Below, in pieces: positions 61,343 to 64,000 of a stretch of DNA of 64,000 nucleotides. The DNA is from a virus. Lineage: Duplodnaviria; Heunggongvirae; Uroviricota; Caudoviricetes. The DNA is taken from positions 178,979 through 242,978 of IMG/VR virus record IMGVR_UViG_3300035520_000350; one strand, given 5' to 3'. Made by a program: the position numbers and the translations under genes. The notes below the pieces were generated by a model. The model saw only the letters and a program-made list of their open reading frames with translations, was not told the origin of the DNA and ran no database searches. Every line of letters starts with the position of its first letter. Within the stretch, counting starts at the first letter, position 1.

Positions 61343-62171
61343 TTACAGTAATGTTCTCCAATGCCCTGCTAGATTACCAACTACATTGTCGTCGTTTATA
61401 TTATCATAATCATCCATAACTTCTGTATCTCCAAAGAGTTCACTTGGAAGATCTACAAAGCCATTATTGACTAGACCACCAGCAGTAGCATCATTAAGAT
61501 CAAGATGATATCTTTCTGCATATATTCTTCTAGCCTCTGGATTAGTGGATAGTAATTGTTGTAAGCATTCTTCATCTCTCTTACTCTTAGCTTCATAGAA
61601 GTCTTTATTTAAAGTATAAGAGCTAGCTTTCTTAATATACTCTAACTGATCTTCTACTTCACTAGTATCCTCACCATTCATCTCAGAAACCATCTGATCT
61701 ACATCAACAGGAGACATACCTCCAAATTGATTAGCTTCTACAGACAATTGTTCGATATCAATATCTTCATCTGTCTTAATAGTATTCTTTCTAATGCCAT
61801 ATCTCTCTGCTATATCTATTCCATCATACCATACTCTCATTGCCATAAGATAAGAGAATACCTGGTCGTCATGACTATTCTGAGAATGCTCAACTTTACC
61901 ATTCTTCTTTACTTCCATTGACTCCATCTCATGATGAAGTATAGGAGCAATAAACTTATCCTTATGGTATGTAACACGATCATATAGAATCTCTATTAAC
62001 CGTGCTCTTACTTCCTTATTGGAATCTGTACCATAAACTTTAACCTTAGCTGTCTTCTTTACAGATCTGAATCCATCGAAGGCTTCTTCTATAACCTTAT
62101 CTTTTATCTCATAGTATAGATTCTTCTTAACAGAAGTCTTACACAATCGTTGCAACACTGAGACACCAAAA
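61343..62171 (-). CDS. terL: terminase large subunit, exon 2
   Basis: FGVSVLQRL...EHSQNSHDDQVFSYL nuclease HDD motif. Confidence 0.8.
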
Positions 62172-62615
62172 CCAAATTAGTTTAGATATAATCGCAACTT
62201 ATATCCCATGGTCAATTCCATGTCACTTCCTTGCGGGGAACGTAGTTCAGACTATATGTACATCTATCTTATATAAGATAGAGCTGGATTTTTCTTCCTC
62301 CATTAGCTTGAGGCTTTACATTAAGGCATATTGCCGCCCTCGTTAAGGGCTAGTCGTTAGACGTATTATCTCTAATGAAATAATTTCGTAACTGTACGTT
62401 GGCTTGTTAGTGAGAGTTTAGGACCATTATAGGCTTGTATTTCACCATGCTCTCATTCTTACTATTTTTTCTGCTTTCGCCGCATTCGCACTTATCTTTT
62501 GGATTATGCTGTAGCTAGTAAGACTCTTGACCAATATGTCACAGTTTTAACACAGGAAAACACACCCGTCACCGGATATGCTGAGACTTCTAATTGCACC
62601 TGTTTAGGTGCTATT
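62172..62615 (-). ncRNA. group I intron in terminase (no ORF; junction uncertain by 2 nt)
   Basis: Minus-strand AACGACTAG and CATATAGTCT P7 elements; removing 444 nt joins VERNG to xFGVSVL. Confidence 0.8.
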
Positions 62616-63981
62616 ACTCCATTGCGCTCAACGTTGATGATTGCTGTAGGTAGATAATTAGTAACGATGGTATAGATACAATCTGCTAAATCGTCACTAG
62701 GCATATAGTTACAATTTAGAGTTGCAGATGTTCTAGTAGTTCTTGAATCCACTATTGTAATAGCGGAACTATCTTGGTATAATGCACCAGCTACGTCGAC
62801 ACCCATTATAGGAGGACAATTATATCTCATATCAATATCCTCATATATATTAAGCTGATACTGCCTACATCTACCAAGTAGTATAGTCTTTATAGGTTCT
62901 TTGCAGAATTGCTTTATAACGTCAAGATCTTCTTGTTTAAACGGACAGTTTCCTGCAACCTTAGACCACTCAAGCATAACTTCACGTCTAATAGCAGGCC
63001 AGTCTCTAAGAAGATCAATAACCATTTGTCTAAAGTAATCTTCACCAGAACCAAGTTGTTGATAAGTGTAAGATATTAAGAAGAACGGAGAATTAGTGTT
63101 ACTTAATCTTAGTTCTTCAAGTTGCTGATAACTCAGATCATAGTATTGTTCACTCCAAGGAGTAGAAGCATTTCTAACTTGATAAGCAAATGCTCCTTGA
63201 TCAGTTAATAGATCACCAGGTGTAGTAGTAATCAATATACCATAAGGAGCATTATTAGCCTTCGCATTCTTTGCTGCTGTAGAATATGCAGGCATAGCTG
63301 CTCCATATACAATATTATTATAAAGCATAAAAGCAAACTCATCATAGTATTGTAAAGGCATAGTACAACCACGACCAAGGTTATTAGCATAAGCTTTACT
63401 TCTAGCACTTGCAAATGTAACTATCTTATTATGATTCAAAGGATGTTGCATTGTCTCTACAGTATTCTTAACCTTAAGAGTTTTTCCCTCTGAAGTAATA
63501 GCTGCACTCATCTGTAAATAAGAAGGTAAAGCATCTCTAATAGTCTTTAGTGATGCTAAGTTACCCTTAGAACCATTATGGTCTTTATGAATAAACATGA
63601 TCTCTGAGTTAGATGATCCAAATAGATAAACCCATAGATATCTACACAATGAACTTACTGTCTTAAAATGCTGTCGGGGAAGCTCTACAAACATATTGTA
63701 GTTTAACACAAACAAAAAGTTCATAGCTAAGTTTCCACGATGAATCTTATAACGTACACCAGATCCTACAGTACCACCTTGTACTGGTATACGCACTACT
63801 TCACGAATGAAATACCAGTAGTTACAGCAGCATTCTCGCAGTATCTTAGTTTTCATCTGCATTGTAAGAGTTGGATCTCTTGGATCTACACCAGCCAAAT
63901 CTCTATCGTATAAAACAAGAAAGAAAGCATTGTTCTTAATACCTTTCTGTTTTAAGAAGTAATGCATATCTATAAAAGACT
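62616..63981 (-). CDS. terL: terminase large subunit, exon 1 (5' end probably truncated)
   Basis: Walker A LPRQHFKT, GRG..YDEFAF, ITTTPG, GVDVAG, INVERN. Confidence 0.88.
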
Positions 63982-64000
63982 AATGATACGGCGACCACCG
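63982..64000 (+). other. Illumina P5 adapter (artefact)
   Basis: AATGATACGGCGACCACCG. Confidence 0.95.

Noticed and set aside
1383-63414. Numerous 60-150 aa antisense or nested ORFs
   Set aside because: They lie opposite well-supported genes and lack an RBS or motifs
63982-64000. GC-rich terminal sequence
   Set aside because: Exact Illumina P5 adapter, not biological; the terminase 5' end is therefore unreliable
1-64000. Phage nucleus (chimallin/PhuZ) or tRNA genes
   Set aside because: None recognisable in this window; cannot be excluded elsewhere in the genome

Overview
A 64-kb AT-rich segment of a jumbo myophage of the PBS1/AR9/phiKZ-related type. It encodes split multisubunit RNA polymerase subunits, a split family-B DNA polymerase, sheath, tube, portal and terminase. 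A Firmicutes (probably Clostridia/Lachnospiraceae-like) host is inferred from strong AGGAGG RBSs and the gene families present. The left arm (+) carries replication, transcription and nucleotide genes: gyrB with a group I intron, gyrA with a mini-intein, RecA, two RNAP beta halves, NAD ligase, SbcC, polB with a group I intron, a frameshifted thyA and DHFR. The right arm (mostly -) carries portal, tube and sheath, then a complete diversity-generating retroelement. The DGR comprises RT, TR, Avd and a target whose VR differs from the TR at 26 positions, 25 of them TR adenines. It sits in a modular tail-adhesin cluster, followed by dUTPase, a Tad1-like anti-defence sponge and an intron-split terminase. 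Items that stand out: Avd and RT with long low-complexity tails; a ~470-nt candidate structured RNA inside the DGR locus; AR9-type AACA-N6-TA promoters in a phage encoding dUTPase and ThyA; and a P-[IV]-Y-x-[LF] motif recurring on unrelated proteins. The last 19 nt are an Illumina adapter. All calls come from manual motif reading; no searches were run.
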